A stretch of DNA of 45,262 nucleotides from a bacterium. GTDB taxonomy: Bacteria; Krumholzibacteriota; Krumholzibacteriia; G020349025. The DNA is taken from contig JANLSU010000033.1 in NCBI GenBank assembly GCA_031362565.1, positions 1-45,262 on the forward strand, in the 5' to 3' direction. The translations under genes were made by a program, and so were the position numbers. A model generated the notes under the pieces. The model did no database searches. It had not been told where the DNA came from and was given only the letters and a program-made list of their open reading frames with translations. This document shows positions 17,110 through 27,996 of this stretch, piece after piece (position 1 is the first letter of the stretch; each line of letters starts with the position of its first letter).

Positions 17110-18392
17110 TCCTTCGGCTCACACACCTACGTGACGGAGTCGCCGCGGCGGTGCTCATCCTAGTCACCGGCTGCTCGAAGGAACCCGAACATGGCGCTCC
17201 CGGCGCTGGCCATGGGGTCGAGGGCAGTGCCGCTGACCAAGCACACGAGGCGAAGGCACCCCGGGGACCGAACGGCGGTTGGCTCTTCGAGACGGATGGC
17301 ATCCGGTTCGAACTGGACATCGAAGAAGCAACCGGCCCGCCGGAGTTTGTCGGCCGCGTGTACGACACCGCCGGCAAGAGCCTTCCCGTGGGCGCGAGCA
17401 CACTATCCGTCGCGCTGGAGCGGTTCGGGGGACGGCACGAATCCATTCGGTTCACCACCGAGGGCGACCACTTCCGAAGCACTGCGGAGGTAGCGGAGCC
17501 CCATTCATTCACCGTCGCCATCACGCTGCAGCGTGATGGACGAACATACCAGTGGAATCATGAGCAGGCCGAGTTCCGCGTCGCGTTGACACCGGATGCG
17601 ATGCAAGCGGCGGGCATCACCACGGGACTGGCGTCGGCACGAACGATCGCCGTAAAGGTGAACGCTCCCGGTGAGGTGCACCTGAACGGCGAGCGCGTCC
17701 TTCAGGTCCGTCCGCGCTTTCCCGGGGTCGTGGCGCGGCTCGAGAAGCGGCTGGGGGATGGCGTCGCCGTCGGCGACCTGCTTGGCGTCATTCAGAGCAA
17801 TGAAAGCCTGAGCGATTATGAGATCCGCGCCGCGATGGCGGGCACCATCGTCGCCCGCGATGTCGCGCCCGGTGCGTCGGTCGATCGCCAAGACGTCCTC
17901 TTTACGATTGCAGACTTGCGGTCGGTATGGATCGACTTTGCGATCTATCCACAGCATATCGGCCGAGTCAAGCGCGGACAGGCCGTACACCTGCGCTCCC
18001 GGTCGGGCCCCGAACTGAACGCGTCCGGCACCGTGAGCTACGTCGGGCCATTGCTCGAGCAAGACACTCGCGTCTCGTACGGCAGGGTCGTCCTCCAAAA
18101 CGGCGATGGCCGGTGGCAACCGGGTGTTTACGTCACGGCATCCATCACCGTGGACGCTGCACAGGTTCCGGTCGCCGTCCCCGAAGTCGCCATCGTGCGC
18201 TCGAAGTTCGGGCCAGCAGTCTTTCGCGCTTCCGGTTCGACCTTCGAGATCCAGCCGATCCAGCCGGGCCGCTCCGATGGCCTCTTTACCGAAGTGCTTG
18301 CGGGTCTCGAGCCTGGATCGGAGATCGTCATCGAGAACGCGTTCCTCTTGAAGGCGGAACTTGGCAAGTCGGAGGCGACACATGATCACTGA
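17106..18392 (+). CDS. czcB: RND periplasmic adaptor, CzcB-like, lacking the alpha-hairpin
   Basis: Lipobox VTGC, CzcB-type N-domain (GPNGG...PPEF), lipoyl and beta-barrel motifs, C-terminal FLLKAELGKSEATHDH. Confidence 0.85.
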   Translation: MILRLTHLRDGVAAAVLILVTGCSKEPEHGAPGAGHGVEGSAADQAHEAKAPRGPNGGWLFETDGIRFELDIEEATGPPEFVGRVYDTAGKSLPVGASTLSVALERFGGRHESIRFTTEGDHFRSTAEVAEPHSFTVAITLQRDGRTYQWNHEQAEFRVALTPDAMQAAGITTGLASARTIAVKVNAPGEVHLNGERVLQVRPRFPGVVARLEKRLGDGVAVGDLLGVIQSNESLSDYEIRAAMAGTIVARDVAPGASVDRQDVLFTIADLRSVWIDFAIYPQHIGRVKRGQAVHLRSRSGPELNASGTVSYVGPLLEQDTRVSYGRVVLQNGDGRWQPGVYVTASITVDAAQVPVAVPEVAIVRSKFGPAVFRASGSTFEIQPIQPGRSDGLFTEVLAGLEPGSEIVIENAFLLKAELGKSEATHDH

Positions 18393-21300
18393 CCAGGCAA
18401 GCACCGGCGGCGGTACCCTGCTCGAACGGATCATTCGTTTCGCCGTTCGGCAGCGCTGGCTCGTAGTGATCGCGGCGTCTGCCATCGCCGCTCTCGGAAT
18501 ATTCAACTTCACGCGTCTGCCGATCGATGCCGTGCCCGACATCACGAACGTTCAAGTGCAGATCAACACCGAAGCCGAGGGTTTGTCGCCGATCGAGGTC
18601 GAACAGCGCATCACGTTCCCGATCGAGACCGCCATGGCGGGGCTCCCGCGGCTCGACTACACCCGCTCCCTGTCGCGTTATGCACTGTCCCAGGTCACGG
18701 TCGCATTCGAGGACGGCACCGACATCTATTTCGCTCGCCAGCTCGTGAACGAGCGGGTCCAAGAAGTGCGTGCGTCCTTGCCACCGAATAGTGGTGAGCC
18801 TTCGATGGGGCCAATCGCCACCGGACTCGGCGAGATTTTCATGTGGACGGTCGAATCGCGGCCTGGGGCGCGTAAGCCCGACGGAACGCCGTATACCCCG
18901 ATGGATCTCCGGGAGATTCAGGACTGGGTCATCAAGCCGCAGGTGCGGACCGTACCCGGTGTCACCGAGGTCAACGCCATCGGCGGTTATCGGAAAGAGT
19001 ATCTAGTGACTCCGGACCCGGCGCGTCTGATGGCCTATGGGCTGACGCTGAAGGACATTCTTCAAGCTCTGGAAAACAATAACAGCACAGTCGGTGGCGG
19101 GTTCATCGCCCACAAGGGTGAGCAGTACCTCGTTCAAACCACGGGCCGCCTCAAGAACATAGAGGAGATTGGCGAAGTCGTGATCGCGGCGCGGCGTGGA
19201 GTTCCAATCCACGTTCACGATGTCGCCAGCGTTGGCATTGGCAAGGAACTTCGCACCGGAGCCGCGACGGAAAATGGCGAAGAGGTGGTTCTGGGTACCG
19301 CCTTCATGCTCGTCGGACAGAACAGCCGCACCGTCGCGAAGGCCGTCGCCCAGAAGATGGAGGAAGTCAACCGCAACCTACCCGCCGGCATCGTTGCGAA
19401 GACGGTCTATGACCGGACCAAGCTGGTCGATGCGACGCTCGAGACCGTGCGGAACAACCTGCTCGAAGGCGCCGTGCTGGTCATCGCCGTTCTCTTTTTG
19501 CTGCTCGGGAACTTCGTCGCGGCCCTCATCGTGGCGTTGATCATCCCTCTCTCCATGCTCTTCGCGGTGAGCGGCATGGTTCAAGGGAAAATCAGCGCCA
19601 ATCTCCTCAGCCTTGGCGCCATCGATTTCGGGATCATCGTCGATGGCGCGGTCGTGATGGCGGAAAACATCGTCCGCCGGTTCGCCCATCGCCAGGGCTC
19701 GCTGGGCCGCCGGCTCAACGTGCACGAGCGGCTCCAGGAAGCCTACCTCGCGGCTTCCGAAGTCGCGCGCCCAACGCTTTTTGGCGTCGCCATCATCATG
19801 ATCGTCTACCTCCCGATCCTCACCCTGTCCGGGATCGAGGGGAAGATGTTCCGGCCCATGGCTCAGGTGGTATTGCTCGCCCTACTCGGGTCGTTGATTT
19901 TCGCGTTTACCATCGTCCCGGCCCTCGTTGCGATCCTACTGCGCCGGCCGGTGTCCGAAACCCAGAGCCCGGTGCTCAAAGCGGCCCGCCACGTGTACCT
20001 GCCGATGCTTCGCTTTAGCCTGCGGCGTCGCCGCATGGTGGTGATGGCGGCATTGGCCGGGCTCGTCGCGTGCCTCCTCCCCGCGTCCCGCCTCGGCAGC
20101 GAATTCGTCCCAACCCTGGACGAGCGCGACATTGCCGTGCATGCGCTCCGCATTCCCGGCACCAGCCTCGAGCAGGCGGTCGAAATGCAACGCCAGGTGG
20201 AGAACACCATCGAGAGCTTCCCCGAGGTCGCGTACGTCTATGCGAAGATCGGCACGGCCGAGATCGCGACGGACCCGATGCCGCCGAGTGTGGCCGATGT
20301 CATCGTGATCATGAAGCCGCGCTCCGAGTGGCCGGACCCGAAGCGCCCGAAGGCGGCCGTCGTGCAATCCATGGCCGACAAACTGGGGACGATCCCCGGC
20401 AACATGTACGAGTACACCCAACCCATTCAGATGCGATTCAACGAGCTGATCGCCGGAGTGCGGAGCGATGTGGCCGTGAAGGTGTTCGGCGACGACCTCG
20501 ATGCGCTCCGCGCCACCGCGAGCGAGATTGCGGAGGTGCTCGAGTCCGTACCGGGATCGGCGGACGTCAAGGCCGAACAAGTCAGCGGGTTGCCCGTCCT
20601 TGCAATCGACATCGATCGCACCGCGGTTTCCCGGTATGGGCTCAGCATCGCCGACGTGCAGGCCGTGATTCGAACTGCTCTCGCCGGCAGTGTCGCCGGC
20701 CAGATTTTCGAGGGCGACCGCCGTTTCGATATCACGGTACGGCTCCCGGACGATGTCCGCAACGATCTCCAAGCATTGGAGCTGTTGCCGATCCCGGTCC
20801 TTGCAAAGCCGCGTTCGGCGTTACCCGCAGCGCTCCCGACCCTCCACGACGACGAGCGCACCGAGTTCGTTCCGCTCGGTGCAATTGCCACGATTACCCT
20901 CTCGGAGGGGCCGAATCAGGTGACTCGAGAAAACGGCAAACGGCGTGTGGTGGTGCAGGCGAATGTGCGGGGGCGCGATCTGGGCGGGTTCGTTCAGGAG
21001 GCGGAAAAACGGCTGCTCGAATCGGTGGACATTCCGCCCGGTTGTTGGGTGACCTGGGGAGGGCAGTTCGAAAACCTGATTGCAGCCCGGACCCGCCTGG
21101 CGATCGTCGTTCCGCTGGCCCTGCTCCTCATCTTCGTCCTGCTGCTCGTAGCGTTCGGCTCCGCCAAGGATGCACTTTTGGTGTTCAGCGGCGTGCCACT
21201 CGCGCTGACTGGCGGGGTGCTCGCGCTCGCCATGCGCGGGATGCCGTTCTCGATCACAGCCGGAGTCGGCTTCATTGCGCTTTCCGGTGTCGCCGTGTTG

Positions 21301-21597
21301 AACGGCGTCGTCATGGTGTCTTTCATCCGGAGCTTGCGGGAGTCCGGCAAGGATCTCGACACCGCGATCCTGCAAGGCTGCGACACCCGGCTGCGCCCGA
21401 TCCTCATGACCGCGTTTGTGGCTTCGCTCGGATTCGTACCGATGGCCATCGCGACCGGCACCGGTGCGGAGGTCCAACGTCCTCTCGCGACGGTCGTCAT
21501 CGGCGGCATCCTGTCATCCACCTTCTTGACGTTGGTCGTTCTTCCCGCATTGTATCGATTGGCGCATCGCCAGCAGGAGGCGACCCCGGAACCCTGA
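18382..21597 (+). CDS. czcA: Heavy-metal efflux RND permease, CzcA-like
   Basis: LPIDAVPDITNVQVQ, TM4 SLGAIDFGIIVDGAVVMAEN, GAEVQRPLATVVIGG. Confidence 0.93.
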   Translation: MITDQASTGGGTLLERIIRFAVRQRWLVVIAASAIAALGIFNFTRLPIDAVPDITNVQVQINTEAEGLSPIEVEQRITFPIETAMAGLPRLDYTRSLSRYALSQVTVAFEDGTDIYFARQLVNERVQEVRASLPPNSGEPSMGPIATGLGEIFMWTVESRPGARKPDGTPYTPMDLREIQDWVIKPQVRTVPGVTEVNAIGGYRKEYLVTPDPARLMAYGLTLKDILQALENNNSTVGGGFIAHKGEQYLVQTTGRLKNIEEIGEVVIAARRGVPIHVHDVASVGIGKELRTGAATENGEEVVLGTAFMLVGQNSRTVAKAVAQKMEEVNRNLPAGIVAKTVYDRTKLVDATLETVRNNLLEGAVLVIAVLFLLLGNFVAALIVALIIPLSMLFAVSGMVQGKISANLLSLGAIDFGIIVDGAVVMAENIVRRFAHRQGSLGRRLNVHERLQEAYLAASEVARPTLFGVAIIMIVYLPILTLSGIEGKMFRPMAQVVLLALLGSLIFAFTIVPALVAILLRRPVSETQSPVLKAARHVYLPMLRFSLRRRRMVVMAALAGLVACLLPASRLGSEFVPTLDERDIAVHALRIPGTSLEQAVEMQRQVENTIESFPEVAYVYAKIGTAEIATDPMPPSVADVIVIMKPRSEWPDPKRPKAAVVQSMADKLGTIPGNMYEYTQPIQMRFNELIAGVRSDVAVKVFGDDLDALRATASEIAEVLESVPGSADVKAEQVSGLPVLAIDIDRTAVSRYGLSIADVQAVIRTALAGSVAGQIFEGDRRFDITVRLPDDVRNDLQALELLPIPVLAKPRSALPAALPTLHDDERTEFVPLGAIATITLSEGPNQVTRENGKRRVVVQANVRGRDLGGFVQEAEKRLLESVDIPPGCWVTWGGQFENLIAARTRLAIVVPLALLLIFVLLLVAFGSAKDALLVFSGVPLALTGGVLALAMRGMPFSITAGVGFIALSGVAVLNGVVMVSFIRSLRESGKDLDTAILQGCDTRLRPILMTAFVASLGFVPMAIATGTGAEVQRPLATVVIGGILSSTFLTLVVLPALYRLAHRQQEATPEP

Positions 21598-21630
21598 ACG
21601 CGCGACGTGCGTGCAGCGAACGGTCACATG

Positions 21631-22953
21631 TCATCGGTTCGGCTCGTCATCCAACGAGTAGCCGGAAAGCACCGGCAGGCCCGTTGCGACCTCGAGTTGC
21701 TGAAGGGCGTCGATGTAGGCACCGAGTGCGGCGCCGAAGGACCTCTCCGCATCGCGGTAACGTTGTTCGGAGAGCAGCACGGTCGTTAGGTCGATCTGGC
21801 CGGCTGCATAGGCCCCCTGATACCTCTGCCGGGCCTCCTGGATCTCCGGAAGGATCTCGTGCAAGAACAGCGAGACTTGCTGGAACGCGAGGGTTGCACT
21901 GATCTGCGTGACTTTGACCGCCGCATACGCGTCCCGGTTTGCCGCGTCCAGATTGGCTTCGACGCGACGCTTTTGTGCCGAGACCGCCGCACGTTCCGCG
22001 AGCGGGGGTCCCAGAAAAGGCACCGAGAGCCCGAGGCGTAGACCGCTCACATCGCCCCCCTCCTCTTGGCCACTAAATGCGGACACCGCGGCCCGCGGTA
22101 GAAGCTCGGCGTTTGCGAGTCGCGCCTCCGCCCTCGCCTGATCGAGCGTGGCTCGCACAGCGAGCAACTGTGGACGGTGCACCTGGGCGCGATCGAGGAG
22201 CGCCACGGTGTCCGGAAACGCCGGCACGAGCTCGAGGCTGTCGGGCTCCGGAAGCGACGTCTGGGTCGGCCAGCCGATCTCCGCCGCCAACACTTCGTGT
22301 GCCTCGCGCATGTCACGTTCGGATTCGAGAACACGCCGGCGCGCCTCGGCCGCCTCGACACGCGCCAGATCCATCTCGAGCTGGCTCGCGTCCCCGGACT
22401 CGAACCGCTTCCGAACGACATCCGCGAGCCGCTGGGCGATGTTCGACTGGCGCACGGTGCGGTCGTGGATCCACAACCGGCGCAGCCGCTCGCAATAGCT
22501 CCATCCAACCTCGGCGGCCCAGGCTCGCGCCTGCACATCAACTTCCGAAAGACCGGTGCGGCGCGCCGCGCTCGCAGCTCGCGCCCGGAACACACCAGCG
22601 CCGAACGGCTCGACCGCAACCGTGCCTTCAACGACTCGGTCCTGATGCTTCCCCTCACCCGGCCGTTGCCGCGTCGCCCATTCGACACTCAGCGAAGGCG
22701 ACTCGGGCAGCCAGAAGCCGCGTACGCGAGCCTCCGCCCGCACTCGGTCACGCTCGGCCCCGCGGGCCTCGGCTCGCGCCGCATGCTCGCGTGCATAGAC
22801 GAGCGCTTGACGCAACGTTTGTGGATCCGCCGCCGCCGCGATCGGAATCTCGAGGATGCAAAAAACGACACCGAGCGCGACCTTTATTTTCCAGGCGTGC
22901 AACCTCACTTCTCCGCTCTCCAATCGACGTCGTGCCACCACAATCCTCCACAT
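21631..22953 (-). CDS. TolC-family outer membrane factor (second HME operon)
   Basis: KRFESGDASQLE, YAAGQIDLTTVL, LEVATG; last gene of the operon; exact start uncertain. Confidence 0.8.
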   Translation of the reverse strand: MWRIVVARRRLESGEVRLHAWKIKVALGVVFCILEIPIAAAADPQTLRQALVYAREHAARAEARGAERDRVRAEARVRGFWLPESPSLSVEWATRQRPGEGKHQDRVVEGTVAVEPFGAGVFRARAASAARRTGLSEVDVQARAWAAEVGWSYCERLRRLWIHDRTVRQSNIAQRLADVVRKRFESGDASQLEMDLARVEAAEARRRVLESERDMREAHEVLAAEIGWPTQTSLPEPDSLELVPAFPDTVALLDRAQVHRPQLLAVRATLDQARAEARLANAELLPRAAVSAFSGQEEGGDVSGLRLGLSVPFLGPPLAERAAVSAQKRRVEANLDAANRDAYAAVKVTQISATLAFQQVSLFLHEILPEIQEARQRYQGAYAAGQIDLTTVLLSEQRYRDAERSFGAALGAYIDALQQLEVATGLPVLSGYSLDDEPNR

Positions 22954-22955
22954 CG

Positions 22956-23516
22956 CTAGAACAGGCGCGCCAACAGTTCGCGAGATTCGCGACTCCGCCA
23001 GTCCCGTGCGCCGCCGAAGCGAACCCTTAGTTGCCCGGTTGCGCTCACGAGATACGTGTCGGGCAGGAGCGATACTTCGTACTTTCGGTAGCCGTTCATG
23101 GTTCGATCTCTGACAACCCCGGGTGGCACCTCGCCACAAAAAAACTCGCGCACCGGCGCCCAGTCCGGATCGACGCTCACCGCCAAGACCTCGACCTTGC
23201 GGACACGAGCGACATCGCGTACACACGCCAGCAGCGTCGGCAGCTCGGTGCGGCACGGCGGACACCATGTGGCCCAGAAGTGCAGCAACACCGGAGTGCC
23301 GCGAAGTTCCGCAAGCCGAACGACCGAACCGTCGGGCTTCTCGAGTTCCAGGTCCGGTGCTTCGGCACCGCTTTGGAGTTCCTCGTAGGACGGCAGTGCC
23401 GGGCCCACACTGCGCCGTCGCGCGTCGACGTATCGGTACGCAAGCAACACGAGTGCTTGACCCACGACCAGTAGGCCCACAACCGCTCCGACTCGCACAA
23501 GTCGCTTACGTCTCAA
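22956..23516 (-). CDS. Membrane-anchored TlpA/ResA-like thiol:disulfide oxidoreductase
   Basis: N-terminal TM, LLHFWATWCPPCRTELP, cis-Pro LPDTYLV; 4-nt overlap with the RND gene. Confidence 0.88.
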   Translation of the reverse strand: MRRKRLVRVGAVVGLLVVGQALVLLAYRYVDARRRSVGPALPSYEELQSGAEAPDLELEKPDGSVVRLAELRGTPVLLHFWATWCPPCRTELPTLLACVRDVARVRKVEVLAVSVDPDWAPVREFFCGEVPPGVVRDRTMNGYRKYEVSLLPDTYLVSATGQLRVRFGGARDWRSRESRELLARLF

Positions 23517-26500
23517 CCGAGCCCCCCGACTCCAGCGGATCCGCGCTCCATGTGGCGGCCCCGCGGCCCCGTCCGGCCCAGCGTGTAGAGCACCGGCAGA
23601 ACCAGCAATGTCAGCAGCGTCGACGACACCACACCGCCGATGACCACGGTCGCCAGGGGACGCTGCACCTCAGCACCGACCCCGGTGTTGAGTGCCATCG
23701 GCACGAACCCGAGACTCGCCACGAGGGCCGTCATCAGGACGGGACGCAGGCGCGCCAGGCTGCCCTGCTCGACTGCGTCCTCGACCGTCGACCCTTCCGC
23801 CTGCAAGTGCTGAAACAGAGTCACCATCACCAGCCCATTCAGAACGGCGACCCCGGACAGTGCGATGAACCCGACTCCGGCTGAAATGCTGAACGGGATG
23901 TGGCGCAGCCAAAGCGCTACGATGCCGCCGACAGCGGCGAAGGGCACGGCGGCGAAAAGACGCACCGCATCCAGCAACCGTCCGTAGGTGAAATAGAGCA
24001 ACGCAAAGATCAGGATCAGGGCCATCGGCACCACCAACATCAGACGCTGCTTGCCGCGCTCCAGATGCTCGAACTGGCCCCCGAATCGCACAAAGTACCC
24101 TGCTGGGAGTTGAACTTGCCGGTCGATCGCGCGCTTCGCGTCAGCGACATAACCGCCCACATCGCGGTCGCGCACGTTGACTTGCACTACCACCCGCCGC
24201 TTCGCCCACTCGCGGCTGATCGTCGACGGCCCTTCGACGGTGCGGATGTGGGTGAGCGCCGCGAGCGGCAGCCGGTCGCCGCTGGCGGACGCGACGAGGA
24301 CTTGGCCCATCGCCACGGGGTCCTCCCGATACCGATCATCGAGCCGGACAGCAATCGGGAAGCGCCGGTTACCTTCTTGCATCTGCCCGACCTCGCGAGT
24401 TCCGAGTGCTTCGACCACGGCGAGCACCTCACGCGCCGGAATGCCGTAGCGTGCGATGGCGTCGCGATCGATCTCGACCTGGATCGTCGGCTGCCCGGTC
24501 AACTGTTCCGTCACTACGTCGGCGGCACCAGGAATGATCTTCAGCGCCGCCTCGATTTCCTTCGCCTTGGCCTTCAAGATGTCGAAGTCGTCGCCGAAGA
24601 GCTTGACCCCGACGTCGGAACGGATTCCGGCAACCATCTCGTTGACCCGCATTTCGATAGGCTGTGTAAAAACCATCCTCATCCCCGGCATCGAGGCGAG
24701 TTCTGCTTCCATTTCAAGCACGAGCTCGTCCTGAGTCTTGGCGCGCTTCCACTGCTTTGTAGGCGTCAGCGTGATGAAGACGTCCGAGAGTTCCAACCCC
24801 ATCGGGTCGGTCGCGACTTCGGCCGTGCCCGTGCGGGTCCAAACGCGCTCGATTTCATGGGGGAACTCGTCTAGTAGAACTTGTTCGATGCGGGAACCAT
24901 AGCGTACCGACTCGTCGACGGAAACGCCTGCCAGCCGGATCGTATTGATGACGATCGAGCCCTCGCGGAGGCGGGGGACGAATTCCGACCCGAGGCGGGT
25001 CGCGAGAAAGGCAGCATTCGCGACAATGATGGCCACGATCCCGAGGACCAAGCCACGCCGGCGCATCGCAAACCGCAGCATCGGACGATAGACGCGCTTC
25101 AGCGCCCGGACGATCGCGTTCTCGCCTTCCTTCATGTGGCGCGGCAGAATCAGGCTCGTGAGAACGGGCATGAGGGTGAGCGAGAGCGCCATCGAGCCGA
25201 GCAGCGCGAAAATAACCGTCATTGCCATGGGCCGGAAGAGTTTGCCCTCGACGCCTTCCAGCGCGAGAATCGGCAAATAGACGATCATGATGATGAGTTC
25301 GCCGAACATGGTCGGCTTGCGCACTTCGATCACCGCATCCCGGACGACATCGATCCGGCGGCGCGAACTTCGATCCTCTGCTAGTCGCCGCACCGCGTTC
25401 TCGACCTGGATGACCGAACTGTCGACCACGAGGCCGAAGTCGAGCGCTCCCAAGCTCATGAGACTGCCGGCAATGCCGGCCCGCAGCATGAGGTCGAAGG
25501 CGAAGAGCATTGAGAGCGGAATGGCCGCAGCCACAATGAGCCCAGCGCGCAGGTTGCCCAGAAACACGAACAACACCGCAATGACGAGCAATGCACCTTC
25601 GAAGAGGTTCTTCTTCACGGTGTGAAGGACGCGGTCGACCAGCGCCGTGCGGTCGTAAACGTTCGTCACCTCGATGCCCACCGGGAGGCTCTTCTTGATC
25701 TCGTCGAGACGCACCCGGAGCTGGTTCGCAACCTTGTGGCTGTTTTCACCCATGAGCATGAAACCAAGCCCGAGGACGACCTCGCCCTTACCATCGGCCG
25801 TCACCGCGCCACGCCGGATCTCGCGTCCCTCGACGATCTTGCCAATGTCATGGATGTGGATCGGGACGCCCTGACGCGCCGTGATCACGATTTGCCCCAC
25901 GTCCTCGGGCCGGGTCACGATGCCGATCCCCTGGATGAGGCTCGATTCGCCGGCTTGATCGAGGGTGCCACCGCCGACGTTGGCGTTGTTCTGTTCCAGC
26001 GCCTCGATGACCTCTGAGAAGCTCAGGTCGTGCTTCTGGAGTTCGAGCGGATCGAGAACAACCTGAATCTGCCGCTCGTCGCCGCCCCAGGTGTTGACCT
26101 CCGCCACCCCGGGGACCGTGCGGAGCTGTGGCTTGATGATCCAATCCTGGACCGTGCGCAATTCCGCGAGCGACTTGTCCTTACCTGTGACGAGGTAATG
26201 AAAGATCTCTCCGAGGCCGGTCGCGACCGGGCCCAACTGCGGCCGCTCGATCCCGGCCGCGAGTTGCACCGTTTGCAAACGTTCCATGGCGACTTGGCGC
26301 GCGAAGTAGATGTCCGTGCCATCGTCGAAGAGGACGGTCACCTGTGACAGCCCAAACTTCGAGATCGAACGAACCTCGTGTAAGTACGGCAAGCCGGAAA
26401 TCGCCTGCTCGACTGGCGAGGTAATTTGCCGCTCGATCTCGAGCGGTGAGAGTGCGGGTGCGACGGTATTGATTTGCACCTGCACCGGCGTCGTATCGGG

Positions 26501-26617
26501 GAAGGCGTCGAGCGGCAACCGTTTGAAGGCGACGAGCCCGGCCAGAATGATCCCGCCCCAGGCGACGAGCACGACGAGCCGGTGCTCGAGCGACCACGTG
26601 ATGATGCGGTTCAGCAT
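23513..26617 (-). CDS. Heavy-metal efflux RND permease, CusA/CzcA family (second copy)
   Basis: LPLDAFPDTTPVQVQ, TM4 SLGALDFGLVVDSSVIQVEN, GAEVQRPLATVVIGG. Confidence 0.93.
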   Translation of the reverse strand: MLNRIITWSLEHRLVVLVAWGGIILAGLVAFKRLPLDAFPDTTPVQVQINTVAPALSPLEIERQITSPVEQAISGLPYLHEVRSISKFGLSQVTVLFDDGTDIYFARQVAMERLQTVQLAAGIERPQLGPVATGLGEIFHYLVTGKDKSLAELRTVQDWIIKPQLRTVPGVAEVNTWGGDERQIQVVLDPLELQKHDLSFSEVIEALEQNNANVGGGTLDQAGESSLIQGIGIVTRPEDVGQIVITARQGVPIHIHDIGKIVEGREIRRGAVTADGKGEVVLGLGFMLMGENSHKVANQLRVRLDEIKKSLPVGIEVTNVYDRTALVDRVLHTVKKNLFEGALLVIAVLFVFLGNLRAGLIVAAAIPLSMLFAFDLMLRAGIAGSLMSLGALDFGLVVDSSVIQVENAVRRLAEDRSSRRRIDVVRDAVIEVRKPTMFGELIIMIVYLPILALEGVEGKLFRPMAMTVIFALLGSMALSLTLMPVLTSLILPRHMKEGENAIVRALKRVYRPMLRFAMRRRGLVLGIVAIIVANAAFLATRLGSEFVPRLREGSIVINTIRLAGVSVDESVRYGSRIEQVLLDEFPHEIERVWTRTGTAEVATDPMGLELSDVFITLTPTKQWKRAKTQDELVLEMEAELASMPGMRMVFTQPIEMRVNEMVAGIRSDVGVKLFGDDFDILKAKAKEIEAALKIIPGAADVVTEQLTGQPTIQVEIDRDAIARYGIPAREVLAVVEALGTREVGQMQEGNRRFPIAVRLDDRYREDPVAMGQVLVASASGDRLPLAALTHIRTVEGPSTISREWAKRRVVVQVNVRDRDVGGYVADAKRAIDRQVQLPAGYFVRFGGQFEHLERGKQRLMLVVPMALILIFALLYFTYGRLLDAVRLFAAVPFAAVGGIVALWLRHIPFSISAGVGFIALSGVAVLNGLVMVTLFQHLQAEGSTVEDAVEQGSLARLRPVLMTALVASLGFVPMALNTGVGAEVQRPLATVVIGGVVSSTLLTLLVLPVLYTLGRTGPRGRHMERGSAGVGGLG

Positions 26618-26620
26618 CGT

Positions 26621-27994
26621 CTATTTCTTCGTCTCGACATCGCAGCAGCCGGCACCGATGCTTTCCTTGAGCGTCTCGGTCTTGAGCAAGAAGCTGCCTT
26701 CCGTCACGACGAGTTCCCCAGGTCGAATGCCTTGGGCCAGTTCGATCAAATCCCCGCTCCCCGGGCTCACTTGGACCCGGCGTGTTTCATATACGTCACT
26801 CGCCAGTTGAACGAAGACCAGCGAAATCCCCTTGGCTCGCTGTAAGGCGCTCCTGGGGATCGCAACCGAGGTGCGGGTTTCGCCGACCGCGATCATGGCC
26901 CGGCCATACATGTTTGCCCGGAGTACGCCGTCGGGGTTCTTGAGACGAGCGCGTGCCAGTGCCGTGCGAGTTTTGGGATCGATTGCCGGCGCGATGTAGT
27001 CGATCTTTCCGGTGAATTCGCGCTCGCCCAATCCATCGACGCTCACGACGACCGCCTGGCCGACCTGGACTGCAGACAGCTCGGCCTCGGGAAGGTCGAT
27101 CTCGGCCCACATGGACGAAGGATCGACGATCTCGAACAGCGTTTCCTCGACATCGACCAACGTCCCGATGCTGCTGTTGCGCTGGGTGATGATGCCGTCG
27201 AGGGGAGCCAAGAGGGTATACGCCCCGTCTCCGCCGGTCGTACCAACGATTCGAAGCGCCTTGAGCGTCCCTTCCTCCTCGGCTTTGGCGGCTTCGAGTT
27301 CCTGCTGCGACAGCATCGCATCCTTCGCGGGCACGATCCCCTTCTCGAGAAGATCTTTCGTGCGGCGGTAGTTTGCGTCGGCGACCTCGCGTCGCGCATG
27401 GGCAGCGAGAAGTTTCGATTGGTCGGCGCCCACGCTGGCACTCTCGATCTCGACCAGCGGCCTCCCGCGCCGCACCTTGGTTCCGACATCGACGTACATG
27501 GCCCGGACAACACCGGAGGCCCGCGCGTTGACGTGCGCAACGCGGGTCCCGTCGTAGGCGATCCGGACAACCGCTACGACCCCGGTCTGGTTCGGCCGCT
27601 CCACGGCTGCGACAGTCTCGATCCCAGCGCGTCGCGCCGTTTCCTTGGTCTTGAAGCGGATCTTCGTGCCGTTCGTGGGCGCGCCATCGTCCGTGACGTC
27701 GGCCGATGGTTTGCCGCCGCGATCCGGATGGCAGATGGGGCAGAAGGACTCTGGGAACCCGTGTGCCGCGCACCAGTCACCCTTGGCTTGAAACACCGGG
27801 ACGAGCTTCGGATTGCATTTCGTGCAAACCGCTTCGAGAATGTGGTGCTCGCTGCAAATGCCGGCAGCATCGGCGGCCGCCATCGCCAACGGCGCCGTCC
27901 CGCTGGCGACAGGCGCCTTCGCATCCGCATGGCGCTGCCCGCAAGACGTAACGAGCGTCAAAGCCGCGACGGCGAAGAGATGAGTCCAGCGCAT
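26621..27994 (-). CDS. RND periplasmic adaptor with N-terminal tandem Cys/His domain
   Basis: Lipobox VTSC; CSEHHILEAVCTKCNP...WCAAHGFPESFCPICHP; normal hairpin/lipoyl core; ends GAGCCDVETKK. Confidence 0.88.
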   Translation of the reverse strand: MRWTHLFAVAALTLVTSCGQRHADAKAPVASGTAPLAMAAADAAGICSEHHILEAVCTKCNPKLVPVFQAKGDWCAAHGFPESFCPICHPDRGGKPSADVTDDGAPTNGTKIRFKTKETARRAGIETVAAVERPNQTGVVAVVRIAYDGTRVAHVNARASGVVRAMYVDVGTKVRRGRPLVEIESASVGADQSKLLAAHARREVADANYRRTKDLLEKGIVPAKDAMLSQQELEAAKAEEEGTLKALRIVGTTGGDGAYTLLAPLDGIITQRNSSIGTLVDVEETLFEIVDPSSMWAEIDLPEAELSAVQVGQAVVVSVDGLGEREFTGKIDYIAPAIDPKTRTALARARLKNPDGVLRANMYGRAMIAVGETRTSVAIPRSALQRAKGISLVFVQLASDVYETRRVQVSPGSGDLIELAQGIRPGELVVTEGSFLLKTETLKESIGAGCCDVETKK

Positions 27995-27996
27995 CC

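Noticed and set aside
20070..21902. 610-aa ORF inside czcA
   Set aside because: Alternate-frame, Arg/Gly-rich, no domain signal.
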